Source of the DNA: an uncultured delta proteobacterium
GTDB lineage: Bacteria; Myxococcota; Myxococcia; Myxococcales; Anaeromyxobacteraceae
Direction of reading: 5' to 3'
Assembly: GCA_963766715.1 (NCBI GenBank)
Contig: CAVYBH010000014.1
Coordinates: forward strand, 65,994-129,993
Length of the DNA stretch: 64,000 nt
Shown: positions 53,746 through 64,000 of the stretch, one piece after another
How positions within the stretch are numbered: the first letter of the stretch is position 1
Layout of the letters: each line of letters begins with the position of its first letter
Translations under genes and position numbers: made by a program
Notes under the pieces: generated by a model
The model's input: only the letters and a program-made list of their open reading frames with translations
Database searches by the model: none
Told to the model about the DNA's origin: nothing

Positions 53746-53758
53746 CCCCCGGCCGTAT

Positions 53759-54532
53759 TCACTCCGAGCGAAACACCACCGGGACCACGACGAGGACGTC
53801 CACGCCGGGGGGAGGGAACGGGCGCCGCCGCCTCCACGGCGGCGAGCGCCGCCGCGTCGAGCGACGGGGATGCCCGGAGCTGCTCCGCAGCACGAGATCG
53901 CGGATCCGTCCCTCGGCGAGGAGGACGAACTCGAGGACGACCTTCCCTTGCAAGCCATTGCGCCGCGCGTTGGGGGGATAGACGAGCGTTCGCGCGATGC
54001 CGGCGCGCACCGAGGCCAGGTCGTGCGTTCGGGCCGCGATGGGCGGCCGCGGCCGGAGCCTGCTGCAGGGCGGGGCCGTCCGTCGCTTCCGGAGTCGCCG
54101 CCGATCACCCCGCCGGGCCGGCCTCCGGAGCCCGCGGCGGACGGGTCCGCCTCGCCGTCCGGCGCCTGCGGCGTGGGCATCCTCGACGCCGGCGTCGGGC
54201 GGCAACTCCACCGGTACCTCTCGCGGCTGGACCATCCTCGCCGTCCTCGGCTCCGTCGCCGGGACGTGCGGACGCGGCGCGGGCCTTCCCAGCGCCGGCG
54301 GCGGCGAGGGTGCGCGAAGCTGCGGCCTGATCAGCCGGACCGCCACGACGGGGCTCGGCCGGCGCCGGACGGCGCGCCGTCCAGACGCTCGAGCCAGGTC
54401 ACCGCCAGGACGAGCAGGCCTGCCTGGAGGACGGCGGAGGCGGCGAGGAAGGTCAGGCGACGGAGCCGCAGGTCCGTCCGGGTGCGACGCAGCCGGCGAA
54501 CAAGGGATCCCGGGGCCACGGTCGCCGCGCAT
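53759..54532 (-). CDS. tonB: TonB-family energy transducer (frameshifted)
   Basis: TM FLAASAVLQAGLLVLAV, Pro-rich linker, then YPPNARRNGLQGKVVLEFVL...RSSSG...VVPVVF. Confidence 0.75.
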   Translation of the reverse strand: MRGDRGPGIPCSPAASHPDGPAAPSPDLPRRLRRPPGRPARPGGDLARASGRRAVRRRPSPVVAVRLIRPQLRAPSPPPALGRPAPRPHVPATEPRTARMVQPREVPVELPPDAGVEDAHAAGAGRRGGPVRRGLRRPARRGDRRRLRKRRTAPPCSRLRPRPPIAARTHDLASVRAGIARTLVYPPNARRNGLQGKVVLEFVLLAEGRIRDLVLRSSSGHPRRSTRRRSPPWRRRRPFPPPGVDVLVVVPVVFRSE

Positions 54533-54671
54533 CCTCGATTCATATCCGGAAGTGCGTCTCCTGCGGACCGGGTGCGGCAATTGGCCTCGCGGGTCGAATT
54601 CACCCCGCGGCATGGTGTCTCAGGCCCAACGGGTACGGCCATCCCGATCGCGCGCCGTGGAGAATCCCGGA

Positions 54672-56796
54672 ATGCCGACCAAGGGAACCGTGCTCGCGCT
54701 GACCCTGCTGCTCGCCTGCCCGATGGCCCGGGCCGAGGAGCCGCCGCGCCAGGCCGAGGTCCTCGAGGAGATCGAGGTGAAGGGCAAGAAGGACGCGCGC
54801 GTCGACACGGTCGAGGCGCGGCAGGTCCGCGAGTCGCCCGCGGCCGACCTCGGCGAGGCGCTCGCCAACGAGGGGCTCGTCTACAAGGTGCGCAAGGGCG
54901 CCATCGCCAACGACGTGGTCATCCGGGCCTTCCAGAAGGACAACCTGACGGTCACCATCGACGGGGCCCTCCTGCACGGCGCCTGCCCGAACCGCATGGA
55001 CCCGGCGGAGTTCCACCTCGACTACTCCGAGATCGACCGGATCGAGGTGAAGAAGGGGCCCTACGACGTCTCCGTCCCGGGAAGCCTGGGCGGCAACATC
55101 AACGTCGACACGCGCAAGGTCCACCCCGGCGCGAACGCGGAGGCCAACCTCCAGTACGGCGCCTTCAACCGGTTCGCGGGCTCGGCCGTGCTGGGCTACG
55201 GCCTCGACTGGGGCGACCTCCAGGCGAGCTACGCCTACAAGTTCTCCCAGCCCTACCTGGCCGGGAACGGCGCCTCGGTCACCGCCATCTATCCGCTCAC
55301 CTCCCAGAACCGGTACCGGGAGGAGGGCCAGACGGGCACGGCCTACTCGATCAACACGGCCTGGGCGCAGGCCGGGGCCTCCCTGCTCGGGAACGATCGG
55401 CTCCAGGTCTCCTACGCCTACCAGGGAGCCGACAGCGTCATCTACCCGTACCTCCTCATGGACGCGGTCTACGACGATACCCAGCGCGTGAACGCGAGCT
55501 ACGAGGTGAGCAGCGTGGGCCCCTTCGCCCGCGTCTTCGCCCGCTTCTACTGGAACGGCGTGAGCCACCTCATGAACGACGTCCGCCGCTGCAGCTCGGC
55601 CGGGAACCCGGCGGCCTGCACGGGAGCGCTGTCGCGCGCCTACAGCATGGAATCGATGGCCACGTCGGGGATGGTGGGCGGAAAGCTCGAGGGTGCCATC
55701 GGGAAGACGAATCCGCTGACCTTCGGCGTCGACCTCTACTCCCGCCTCTGGGACGCGACCACCACCCGCGTCATGCGGGCCACCGGCGCCTACGGAACCC
55801 AGGCTTCCATCCCGGACGTGAACATCGTCGACGTGGGCCTGTACGCCGAGTACGCGTACCGCCTCGACGAGGCCTGGAAGATCTCGGCGGGCGCGCGCTT
55901 CGACTGGGCGACGTCGACGGCGCGGCTGGACCGGATCCCCACCGCCCAGGCCGACCTCGTGCTCGCGCAGTGGGCCCTGTTCTACGGGCCCGGGATGAAG
56001 CAGACGGCGAACAGCTACCTGCTCTCCGGCAACGTCCAGGTCGACTGGCAGGTCTCCGAGCCGGTGGGGCTCTACCTGGGCGTCGGCAGCGCCGCGCGCG
56101 TCCCCGATCCCCAGGAGCGCTTCTTCGCCCTGTCCGGATCGCGGACGCCGACCGGGACCTGGATGCCCGGGCGGATCGGCTTCCCGGAGATCGCCGCGCC
56201 CCGGAACAACGAGATGGACCTGGGCGTGAAGCTCTCCACCTCGAGGCTCCTCGTGAAGGGGCAGGTGTTCGGGTCGATCGTGAACGACTACATCGTCGTC
56301 GGGAAGGTGACGGCCCTGGACCGACCCGACCATCAGCTCGCAGAACTACCAGAACGTCCTGGCCTACCTGGCCGGGTTCGAGGCCAGCGCGCGCTACGCG
56401 CTCCCCTGGAACCTCTACCTCTCCGGGGCGCTGGCCTACACCTACGGGCAGCAGGCGAGCCCGGGCCAGCCGCTCCAGGAGGTCCCGCCGCTGGCCGGAA
56501 GCGTGGGCCTGCGCTGGGACGACCGGACCTTCTTCGCCGAGCTGGACGCCCCGTTCGCCGCTCCGCAGAACCGGGTGGACGCGGCCATGGGCGAGACCAC
56601 CACGCCCGGCTGGATCATCGCCAACGTCCGCGCCGGCGCCCAGTGGCAGGGCTTCAAGCTCTTCGGCGGGGTGACGAACCTCCTCGACCGGTACTACTTC
56701 GAGTTCTTCAACTACCTGCGCAGCCCGTACTCGAGCGGGCAGCCCGTGCCGGAGCCCGGCCGGGCCTTCTACGTGGCGCTCCAGTACGCGCTGTAG
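54672..56796 (+). CDS. TonB-dependent receptor, OprC/NosA-like copper transporter (frameshift ~56320)
   Basis: Signal peptide and plug HGACPNRMDP (CxxxM), plus SHLMND (HxM), IEVKKGPY and the C-terminal EPGRAFYVALQYAL. Confidence 0.85.
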
Positions 56797-56831
56797 CGAG
56801 GGGACCTTCACGCGGCTCACGCCACGACGCC

Positions 56832-57942
56832 TCAGAGCGGAGGGCGGTTGCCCTCGCCGTAGCCGGTGAGCTCGACGAAGCCCTCCCCGGCAGGCGCGCC
56901 GCCGTCCGCGTCCACGCGAACGGCGCCCTCCCAGTAGAACGGCGCCGATCCTCCGCGGTTCTCCTGGTCGGCGATCTCGGGCGTGACTCGGAGTGCGAGC
57001 CCGGCGGACGGGACCTCGATCGCCCATCCCGCCGGGTAGTCCGCCCCCGTGGCCGGGCTGCGCCAGCGCCCGGTCGCCCGGATGCGGAAGTCGCCCGACG
57101 ACAGCCAGCGGGGCTGGCCGTCCCGATCGACGAGCGTGCCGCTCCCGAAGGCGATCCCGCCGCCCTTGTCCCGGAGCAGGTACAGCATCGAGATCCCGGC
57201 CGTCGGCGAGGCGCAGGGCGAACCAGTCCCATCCGGCCTGGTCCGGTGCGAGCTGGCTCGAGCCGAACTCCTTGTCCATCCAGCTCTCGCCGCGGACGGA
57301 GGTGGTCCTTCCGCCCAGCGTCAGCTCGCCCTCGGTCGAGAGCCGCGTCAGGCTGTAGTAGAGGCTCGCGAACCCCTCCCGGGAGGACTTCCGGGACACC
57401 CCGTCCGGTCCCTGGAGGACGGGCGGGCGGTCCGGTCGCAGCCGCAGGCGAAGCGCGAGCCCTCTCGCCCGGTCGCCCACGTCGATCGCGAACCCGCCGT
57501 CCACCAGCCGGAGCTCCCAGGTGCCGTCGGTTCCCGGCGGCCCCCGCGACCAGGCGAGGAGCGGATCCGGGGCCGAGCCGAAGCCCGCCAGCAGCGGGAT
57601 GGCCCGGTAGAGCACCTCCGAGAAGACCCGCTCCCCGGTCGCGAGGTCGACGAGGGCCGCGTGGCCCATGAGGACGTCGGTGGCGCTCCACGCCGACCCC
57701 ACCTCCCGGCGAGACGGCGTGAGGCCGATCCGGAAGAAGGTGACCTGGTAGCCGAAGCGGCGCGCCGGGGCTCCCTGCGCGGCCGGCGCCGACAGGAGGC
57801 CGGTGAAGTACCACCACTCGTTCCGGTAGCCGGGGTGCGACCAGTGGTCGGCCGGGAAGGACCAGGCGTGCCCGGGCGCCGCGCCCTTCCAGCCGGGATC
57901 GGCGGCCAGCAAGAGGGCGAGCAGGAGCGCGCTAGAGGGCAT
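56832..57942 (-). CDS. AttH/CrtC-like lipocalin-fold secreted protein (frameshift ~57190)
   Basis: FPADHWSHPGYRNEWWYFTG, SLYYS, WMDKEFGS, GWDWF and YWEGAV...GFVELTGY. Confidence 0.85.
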
Positions 57943-60456
57943 CGCGGGAGAGCTCCGTGGCGGGGGCGTCGCTGGCGCGGGCGGCCGGGTAGATGCTCGC
58001 CACGAAGCCGGCGCCGAGGATGGTCAGGGACTGGAGCGCGAGCATCCCGATCGGCCAGTCGAGCTGCAGGGTCCAGCCGAAGAAGTCGCGGTTGACGAGG
58101 CGCACGAGGACCCAGGCCAGCGCGGCGCCGCCCGGGAGCCCCAGCCCGACGCCGAGGCCGGCGATGGCGAGCCCCTTCCCGGCGAAGACGCGAAACGCCT
58201 GGGACCGCGTGGCGCCCAGCGCCCGGTAGAGCGCCACCTCCGCGCGCCGCTCCCGCGCCGCGGTGAGCAGGGTGAGGACGACTCCGGCCACGGCCACGAC
58301 GAGCCCCATGGCCTCGAGCAGCCGGGTGACGGCGAAGGTCTGCTCGAAGATCGCGAGGACCTCGCTGCGCAGCGACCGGTTGGTCCGGATCAGCACGGCC
58401 TCGTCCGGGAGCGCCGCGCGGAGCCGGTCCGCGGCGGCCTCGGCGCTCGCGCCGGGCGAGAGGTAGAGCGCGGCGTTGGAGGGAAGGCCGTCGCCGAACA
58501 GGCGCGCGAACCGCCCCAGGTCGAGGAGGACGGTGCCCGACTCCGACCCATACTCCCGGTAAACGGCGGCGATCGGGACCTCCACGGGCCCGGCCGGTCC
58601 GTCGAGGCGCACGGACCGGCCCGCCGCGAGCCCCTCCCGGCGCGCCAGCGGCTCGCTCACCAGGGCCGCCCCGTGGAGCACCTGCCGGAACGCCGCCGCC
58701 GCGTCGCCGCCAATCACGCTGACGCGGGACCCGCCATCGGGCAGGGCCGCGTCGACGCCCACCACCGGAACCCGTCGCCCGCCGATCCGGACGAAGGTCT
58801 GGCGAAGGCGATCCAGCCGCACCACCTCGGGATCCCGGGCCAGGCAGATCGAGGACCTCGGGGGAGAGCCGGGCCTCCCCGCGCGCGCGGCTCCAGGTGG
58901 GCGTGGTGACGTAGAGGTCGGCGTGCAGGGTCCCGTCGAGCCACTCGATCACCGTGCCGCGGAAGCTCGCGACCATGACGGTGATCCCGGTGAGCATGGC
59001 CACCGCCACCGCCAGCGCGCCCACCGCGACGGCCGAGGACTGGAGGTGCAGCGCGAGCGTGCGTGCGCCGTAGCCGAAGGAGAAGCGGCGGGGCCGGCCG
59101 GCGCTCCCGAGCCACACGACGAGCAGCGGCGCGGCGAGCGGGAGCGAGGCCAGGATGCCGAGCGCCACCAGGAAGCCCGCCCAGGGTCGACCCGGCGCGA
59201 GCGCCGCATAGGCCAGGGTGGCCAGCGCCGGAGCCGCCACCGCCGCGGCGAAGAGCGGCCGGGCCGAGCGGGAGGTCCGCTCCTCCAGTGTCAGCGAGGC
59301 GAGCAGCGCGCGAGGGTCGCGGCGGGAGACGTCGAGGGCCGGAAGGAGGGCGCCGGCGAGGGACCCCGCCACGCCGAGCACGGCGGCGAGGACCAGGAGC
59401 GCGGGCGACAGCGCCACGCGGTCGATGCCCTCGAGCAGGTAGAGGTTCTGCACCGTGGCCGAGACGCCGCGGAGCTCGAAGCGGGCGGCGAGCCAGCCGA
59501 GCGGGATCCCGAGCGCCGTTCCCGCCGCTCCGAGGAGCACGGCCTCTCCGAGCAGGAGCGCGAGCACCTGGCCGCGGGTCGCTCCCAGGCACCGCAGGAC
59601 GCCAATCTCCTCGCGGCGCCGCACCATGGCCGCCTGCGTGCTGCCGTAGACCAGGAACCCGCCCACGAACAGGCTGATGAGGGACAGCGCGGTGAGGTTC
59701 ATGCGGAACGCGGCGAGCAGGCCCGAGGCCTCGGCGACCCGCTGCTCCGGCGTGGTGACCCGGACCCCGGGGCCGAGGCGGGACTCGAGCCGCGCAGCCA
59801 CCCCGGCGGCGTCGGCGCCCGGGACGAGGAACAGGTCGATCTGGTGGAGCCGGCCCGAGCGGCCCGAGGAGCGACTGGGCCTCGGCGATGTCCATCACGG
59901 CGAGCCGCCGGCTCGCGAGCGGGCTCACCTGGCGGAAGTCCACCAGCGCCCCGACGTGCAGCGTGGCCCTCCGCGCACCCGCCGAGACCCGGATGGCGTC
60001 GCCCACCTTCCAGCCGCGCTCGGCCGCCAGCTCCGGCGTCACCGCGATCCATCCAGGCGACCCGAGGGCCCCGGCCAGCGTGCCGCGCTCTCCCTGCCAG
60101 GGCACGCGCACCGGGGCGAGCAGGTCGACCCCCAGCACCTCCAGGAAGAGCGGCGCGCCGCCCTCCACCGCGGCCTCGGTCCGCGTCAGCGGGACGGCGG
60201 CGGCCACGCCCGGCTCGGCCAGCGCGATCGGGTAGAGCGCCTCGGGAAAGCTCGGGCCGTTCCCGACCACCGTCAGCGCCGCGTCCCCGCTCACCGCCCG
60301 CACCGTGCCCTCGAACGCGCCGAGCGCGCCCTGGTCGAGGATGCGGATGGAGAGCACCGAGCCCACGCCCAGCGCGACCCCGAGGACGGAGAGCAGGAGG
60401 AGCCCCCGCCCGGCGCGCAGCTCGGCGCGCAGCGCCCTCTGGAAGTAGCCCGTCAC
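57932..60456 (-). CDS. FtsX/MacB-like ABC permease (AttF/G-like; frameshifts ~59860, ~58850)
   Basis: LGVALGVG, AFRMNLTALSLISLFVGGFLVY, RRREEIGVLRCLG, IFEQTFAVTRLL and VNRDFFGWT. Confidence 0.85.
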
Positions 60457-61139
60457 GCGCGCTCGAGGGCCCCGTCGTGGAGCCGCCAGGACTCGTCGGC
60501 GAGCGCGGCGAGCTCCCGGCTGTGCGTGACGTAGACGAGCGAGCTCCCCTCCTCGCGGGCCACCCCGAGGAGGAGCTCCATCACTGCGAGTCCGTTCGCC
60601 TCGTCGAGGTTCCCGGTGGGCTCGTCGGCGAGGAGGACGCGCGGGCGGCGGAGCAATGCCCGGCAGATGGCCACCCGCTGCATCTCCCCGCCGGAGAGCT
60701 GCTGGACGGGCTGGGTCGCGCGTCCGCCCAGCCCCATCCGCGCGAGCAGCGCCACCGCGCGCGCGTCGTCCTCCCGGGCGCGTCCGCCGATGAACGCCGG
60801 GAGGAGGACGTTGTCCTGGACGGACAGGTGAGGCAGGAGGTGGAAGAACTGGAAGACGAGGCCGACCCCGTCCCGTCGCGCCAGCGTCCGCTCCCGGTCG
60901 CCGAGCGAGCCCAGGTCGCGCCCCAGCAGCCTCACGCTTCCACGGGTGGGGGCGTCGATCCCGGCCGCGAGGTGGAGCAGGGTCGACTTGCCCGACCCGC
61001 TGCGCCCGGTGATGGAGACGGTCCGCCCGGGCGCGACGTCGAGGGACGCGCCGTCGAGCGCGGTGAAGCTGCGGCCACCCGGCAGCGGGTAGACCTTGGT
61101 GACCTGATCGAGCGAGAGCACGGGCGCGGAGGTGGGCAC
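60453..61139 (-). CDS. LolD/MacB-like ABC ATPase
   Basis: GRSGSGKSTLL, LSGGEMQRVAI, LADEPTGNLD and VTHS. Confidence 0.9.
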   Translation of the reverse strand: MPTSAPVLSLDQVTKVYPLPGGRSFTALDGASLDVAPGRTVSITGRSGSGKSTLLHLAAGIDAPTRGSVRLLGRDLGSLGDRERTLARRDGVGLVFQFFHLLPHLSVQDNVLLPAFIGGRAREDDARAVALLARMGLGGRATQPVQQLSGGEMQRVAICRALLRRPRVLLADEPTGNLDEANGLAVMELLLGVAREEGSSLVYVTHSRELAALADESWRLHDGALERA

Positions 61140-61141
61140 GG

Positions 61142-62786
61142 CTAGGTCTCCCCGGCGGCCGCGCGGGCCCCGTACAGCTTCAGCTTCCGCTTGAGCGTGG
61201 CGAGCCCGATGCCGAGGTCGGAGGCGGCGCGGGTCCGGTTGCCGCCCGCGCCCTCCACCGCCGCCAGGATGTACTCGCGCTCGACGTCGTCGAGGGGCCG
61301 CGTCCGCCCGACCGGACGGGGGCGTGGCATCGCCGACCGGAGCTCCTCGGGGAGGTCGTCCACGTCGACGCGGTTCCCCGCGCACAGCGCGACCGCGTGC
61401 TCCACGGCGTTCTGGACCTCGCGGACGTTCCCCGGCCAGTCGTGGCGGACGAGCTGGTCGGCCGCGCGGGGGGTGAAGCCGGTGACCTTTCGCCCCATGC
61501 GCCGGGCGGTCTCGGCGAGGAAGACGCGGGCCAGCGGCAGGATGTCCTCGGGCCGGTCCCGCAGCGGCGGGACCCGCAGCTCGATCACCCGGAGCCGGTA
61601 GAAGAGGTCCTGGCGGAACTTCCCGGCGGCCACGTCGTCGGCCAGGCTCCGGTTGGTCGCGGCGACGATGCGGACGTCGACGGGGCGCGACCGGTTCTCG
61701 CCCACGCGCCGGACCTCCTTCTCCTGGAGCACCCGCAGGAGCTTCACCTGCATGCCCGGCGTGATCTCCCCGATCTCGTCCAGGAAGAGGGTCCCGCCGT
61801 TCGCCGCCTCGAAGAGCCCGGGCCGGTCCCGGTCGGCGCCGGTGAAGGCGCCGCGCGCGTGGCCGAAGAGCTCGCTCTCGAGGAGGGTCTCGGTGACGGC
61901 GCCGCAGTTCACGCCCACGAAGGGATGTCCGGAGCGGGGCGACTCGTCGTGGATGAGCCGGGCGATGCGCTCCTTCCCGACGCCGCTCTCGCCGGTGATG
62001 AGGGCGGTCGAGTCGACCTTGGCGACGCGGAGCGCCAGGTCGAGCACGCGGTGCATGGCCTCGCTGCGCACCACGAGGCCGGAGCGCTCCTCGGCGCCGG
62101 GCGCGATCCGGGCGAGCTCCTGGCGGCGCGCGCGCAGGGCCTTCTCGGCGCCGCGCAGCGCCGTCGTGACCCCGTGCAGGGCGGTGTCGACGCAGGCCTT
62201 GTCGTAGTACTGGAGGTGGGGCTCGATCTCCGCGCCCCAGTCCTCCTTCAGTCGCCCGACGAGGTGGCAGGCGCCGTCTCCCTTCCCCTGGCAGCGGTCC
62301 TCGATGCAGTAGATCTCCCGCCCGTTCGCGAAGGACAGGTAGCCGCTCGCGAAGCCCGTCAGCGTCCAGCAGACCGGCTCGTCGGCCTGGCCGAGGTGGA
62401 GGAGGTGCTGCTCCGCCTCGTAGGACTCGCGCCAGACGCTGTCGACGAAGGGCTCCGGGCTTCCGGAGGGCGGCGCCGTCGGACGGCTCCACGATCACGA
62501 AGCCCCGGAGCATGTGGAGCCGGCCCCCCGCGATGCGCCACTCCCGCTCGCTCTCCCAGGGGAACTCGGACCGGAGGCTCTCCGCGGTCCGCCAGCCGTG
62601 GGCGTAGCCGATGCGCGTGAGGATGCCGCGGGCCGCGGTGACGCCCAGGCTCTCGATGAGCTCCTTGCGGAGGATGCCGAGCGCGACGGCGTCGAAGAGG
62701 AGCACGCGCTCGCCGCCGAAGCGGATGACCCCGCCCCGGGGATCGAAGGAGAGGAGCTCTCGGAGGTCGAGGTCGGTGGCGCGCAT
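61142..62786 (-). CDS. XylR-type sigma54-dependent activator (XylR_N + V4R + AAA+ + Fis HTH; frameshift ~62460)
   Basis: ERVLLFDAVALGILRKELI, V4R motif CWTLTGFASG...C...C, GESGVGKE, ESELFGHARGAFTGA and WPGNVRE. Confidence 0.9.
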
Positions 62787-62800
62787 GGCATCTCCAGGTC

Positions 62801-62909
62801 GAATCGAGCCGGGCCGTATCAATATGAGCCGATTCGCCCGGTCGCCTGGCTTTCGTGGTCAACAATTTCAATGGCTTGCGACCCCTGCAGGACCGGCCCG
62901 CCGCCTGCA
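62801..62909 (+). promoter_or_regulatory. Sigma54 promoter for yceI with upstream activator and IHF-like sites
   Basis: GG-N10-GC at 62895-62908 (CGGCCCGCCGCCTGCA), IHF-like TTTCAATGGCTTG at 62866-62878, and a TCA-N3-TGA dyad near 62816-62830. It lies divergent from the activator gene. Confidence 0.6.
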
Positions 62910-62955
62910 ATGTCCTCCTTCGACGCCCACGACGGGCAAACCCAAGGAGAACGAA

Positions 62956-63504
62956 ATGGCTCAGCAGAACTGGCAGGTCGACGGCGCGCACTCGGCGGTG
63001 AACCTCACCGTCCGGCACATGGTCATCTCGAAGGTCCGCGGCCACTTCTCGAAGTGGAACGCGAAGCTCGCGCTCGACACCGCCGACCTGTCGAGGTCCT
63101 CGGTCGAGGTCGAGATCGAGGCGGCGAGCATCGAGACCGGCGTCGGGGACCGCGACGCGCACCTGAAGTCGCCCGACTTCCTCGACGCCCAGAAGTACCC
63201 CACGCTCCGGTACCGCAGCCGGCGCGTCGAGGTGGTCTCGTCGGAGCGCCTGCGCGTCATCGGCGACCTGACCATCCGCGACGTGACGCGCGAGGTTCCC
63301 CTCGACGTCGAGGTCGGCGGCCAGGGCAAGGACCCGTGGGGCAACGTGCGCGCCGGGTTCAGCGCGACCGCGTCGATCAACCGCAAGGACTTCGGCCTGA
63401 CCTGGAACCAGGCGCTCGAGACCGGCGGCGTGCTGGTGGCCGACCGGGTGGACATCGAGATCGAGCTCGAGGCCATCGCGCAGGCGGCCGCCAAGGTCGC
63501 GTAG
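62956..63504 (+). CDS. yceI: YceI-family polyisoprenoid-binding protein
   Basis: WQVDGAHS...VRHMVISKVRG...RDAHLKSPDF...GDLTIRDVTR...INRKDFGLTWN, with AAGGAG RBS. Confidence 0.92.
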   Translation: MAQQNWQVDGAHSAVNLTVRHMVISKVRGHFSKWNAKLALDTADLSRSSVEVEIEAASIETGVGDRDAHLKSPDFLDAQKYPTLRYRSRRVEVVSSERLRVIGDLTIRDVTREVPLDVEVGGQGKDPWGNVRAGFSATASINRKDFGLTWNQALETGGVLVADRVDIEIELEAIAQAAAKVA

Positions 63505-63515
63505 GGGAGAGCGGG

Positions 63516-64000
63516 ATGAACCTCTGCCCACAGCTTCGCCGCCTGGCGGAAGAGCACGCCCGCTGGCTCGAGCTGGGCAGGCGGCGGAAGGGGGAGACCA
63601 CGGCCGAGCTGGCCGTGCGTCTCGTCGCCGGGTGGGAGGACGAGATGGTCCCCCACTGCCGGGCCGAGGAGGAGGTGCTCCTGCCGGAGCTGGCGCGCCA
63701 CCTCTCCGAGACCGACGCCGTCGTGGTCTTCACCCACGGGGACCACCTGGTGCTCCGGCGCCTGGCCCGCGAGCTGCGGCTGGCCCGTGGCCCCGCCCAG
63801 TCCAAGGCGGTGGCGCGCTTCCTCGAGAAGCTCGAGGAGCACTTCCGGTTCGAGGAGCAGACCCTCTTCCCCGCCCTCCAGGCGGCCATCGGATGCGACG
63901 GCCTGGCCCGGCTGGGCGGCGAGATGGAATCGACCCGGCGAGTCCGTCGGCCGGTGGCCAGGCGGGCGCCCGTTCACGAAGCACACAGGAAGGGCAAGAC
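63516..64000 (+). CDS. Hemerythrin/HHE-domain protein (runs off window end)
   Basis: LAEEH, HCRAEEEVLLP, GDH and HFRFEEQTLFP. Confidence 0.8.
   Translation, partial: MNLCPQLRRLAEEHARWLELGRRRKGETTAELAVRLVAGWEDEMVPHCRAEEEVLLPELARHLSETDAVVVFTHGDHLVLRRLARELRLARGPAQSKAVARFLEKLEEHFRFEEQTLFPALQAAIGCDGLARLGGEMESTRRVRRPVARRAPVHEAHRKGK

Overview
This is a very GC-rich bacterial window whose gene content resembles Anaeromyxobacter/Myxococcota (inference). Many genes carry 1-3 single-base indels, which looks like uncorrected long-read error rather than true pseudogenisation, so I rebuilt gene models across frames and some ends are approximate. The standout is a ~13 kb minus-strand locus at 1680-14679, possibly starting at 15512. 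In transcription order it encodes an AddB-like Fe-S nuclease, an AddA-like UvrD helicase-nuclease, a two-lobed retropepsin-like aspartic protease, a CDKN3/PTP-like phosphatase, a NERD nuclease-SF1 helicase, three WYL proteins (one without an HTH plus a PafB/PafC-like pair) and a TY-Chap/YbjN-like chaperone. Four of its short intergenic gaps share the motif (T/A)GTCCGT-N8-(-10-like hexamer), which resembles the PafBC sigma-adaptation promoter of mycobacteria. This suggests a self-contained, WYL-activated DNA-damage or anti-phage regulon. The rest of the window holds a multiheme cytochrome lipoprotein with TSP1-like repeats, a repetitive Ig-like surface lipoprotein with an outer-membrane barrel partner, stress genes, a Mo-oxidoreductase, a Cpx-like two-component system, an OPT transporter, RND efflux, a Liv-type ABC/ADH/ALDH catabolic operon, a HEAT + HD-GYP-like pair, an OprC-like Cu receptor with TonB, an AttEFH-like ABC/lipocalin module, and an XylR-type sigma54 activator divergent from yceI-hemerythrin. 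I saw no rRNA, tRNA, CRISPR array or integrase/transposase.
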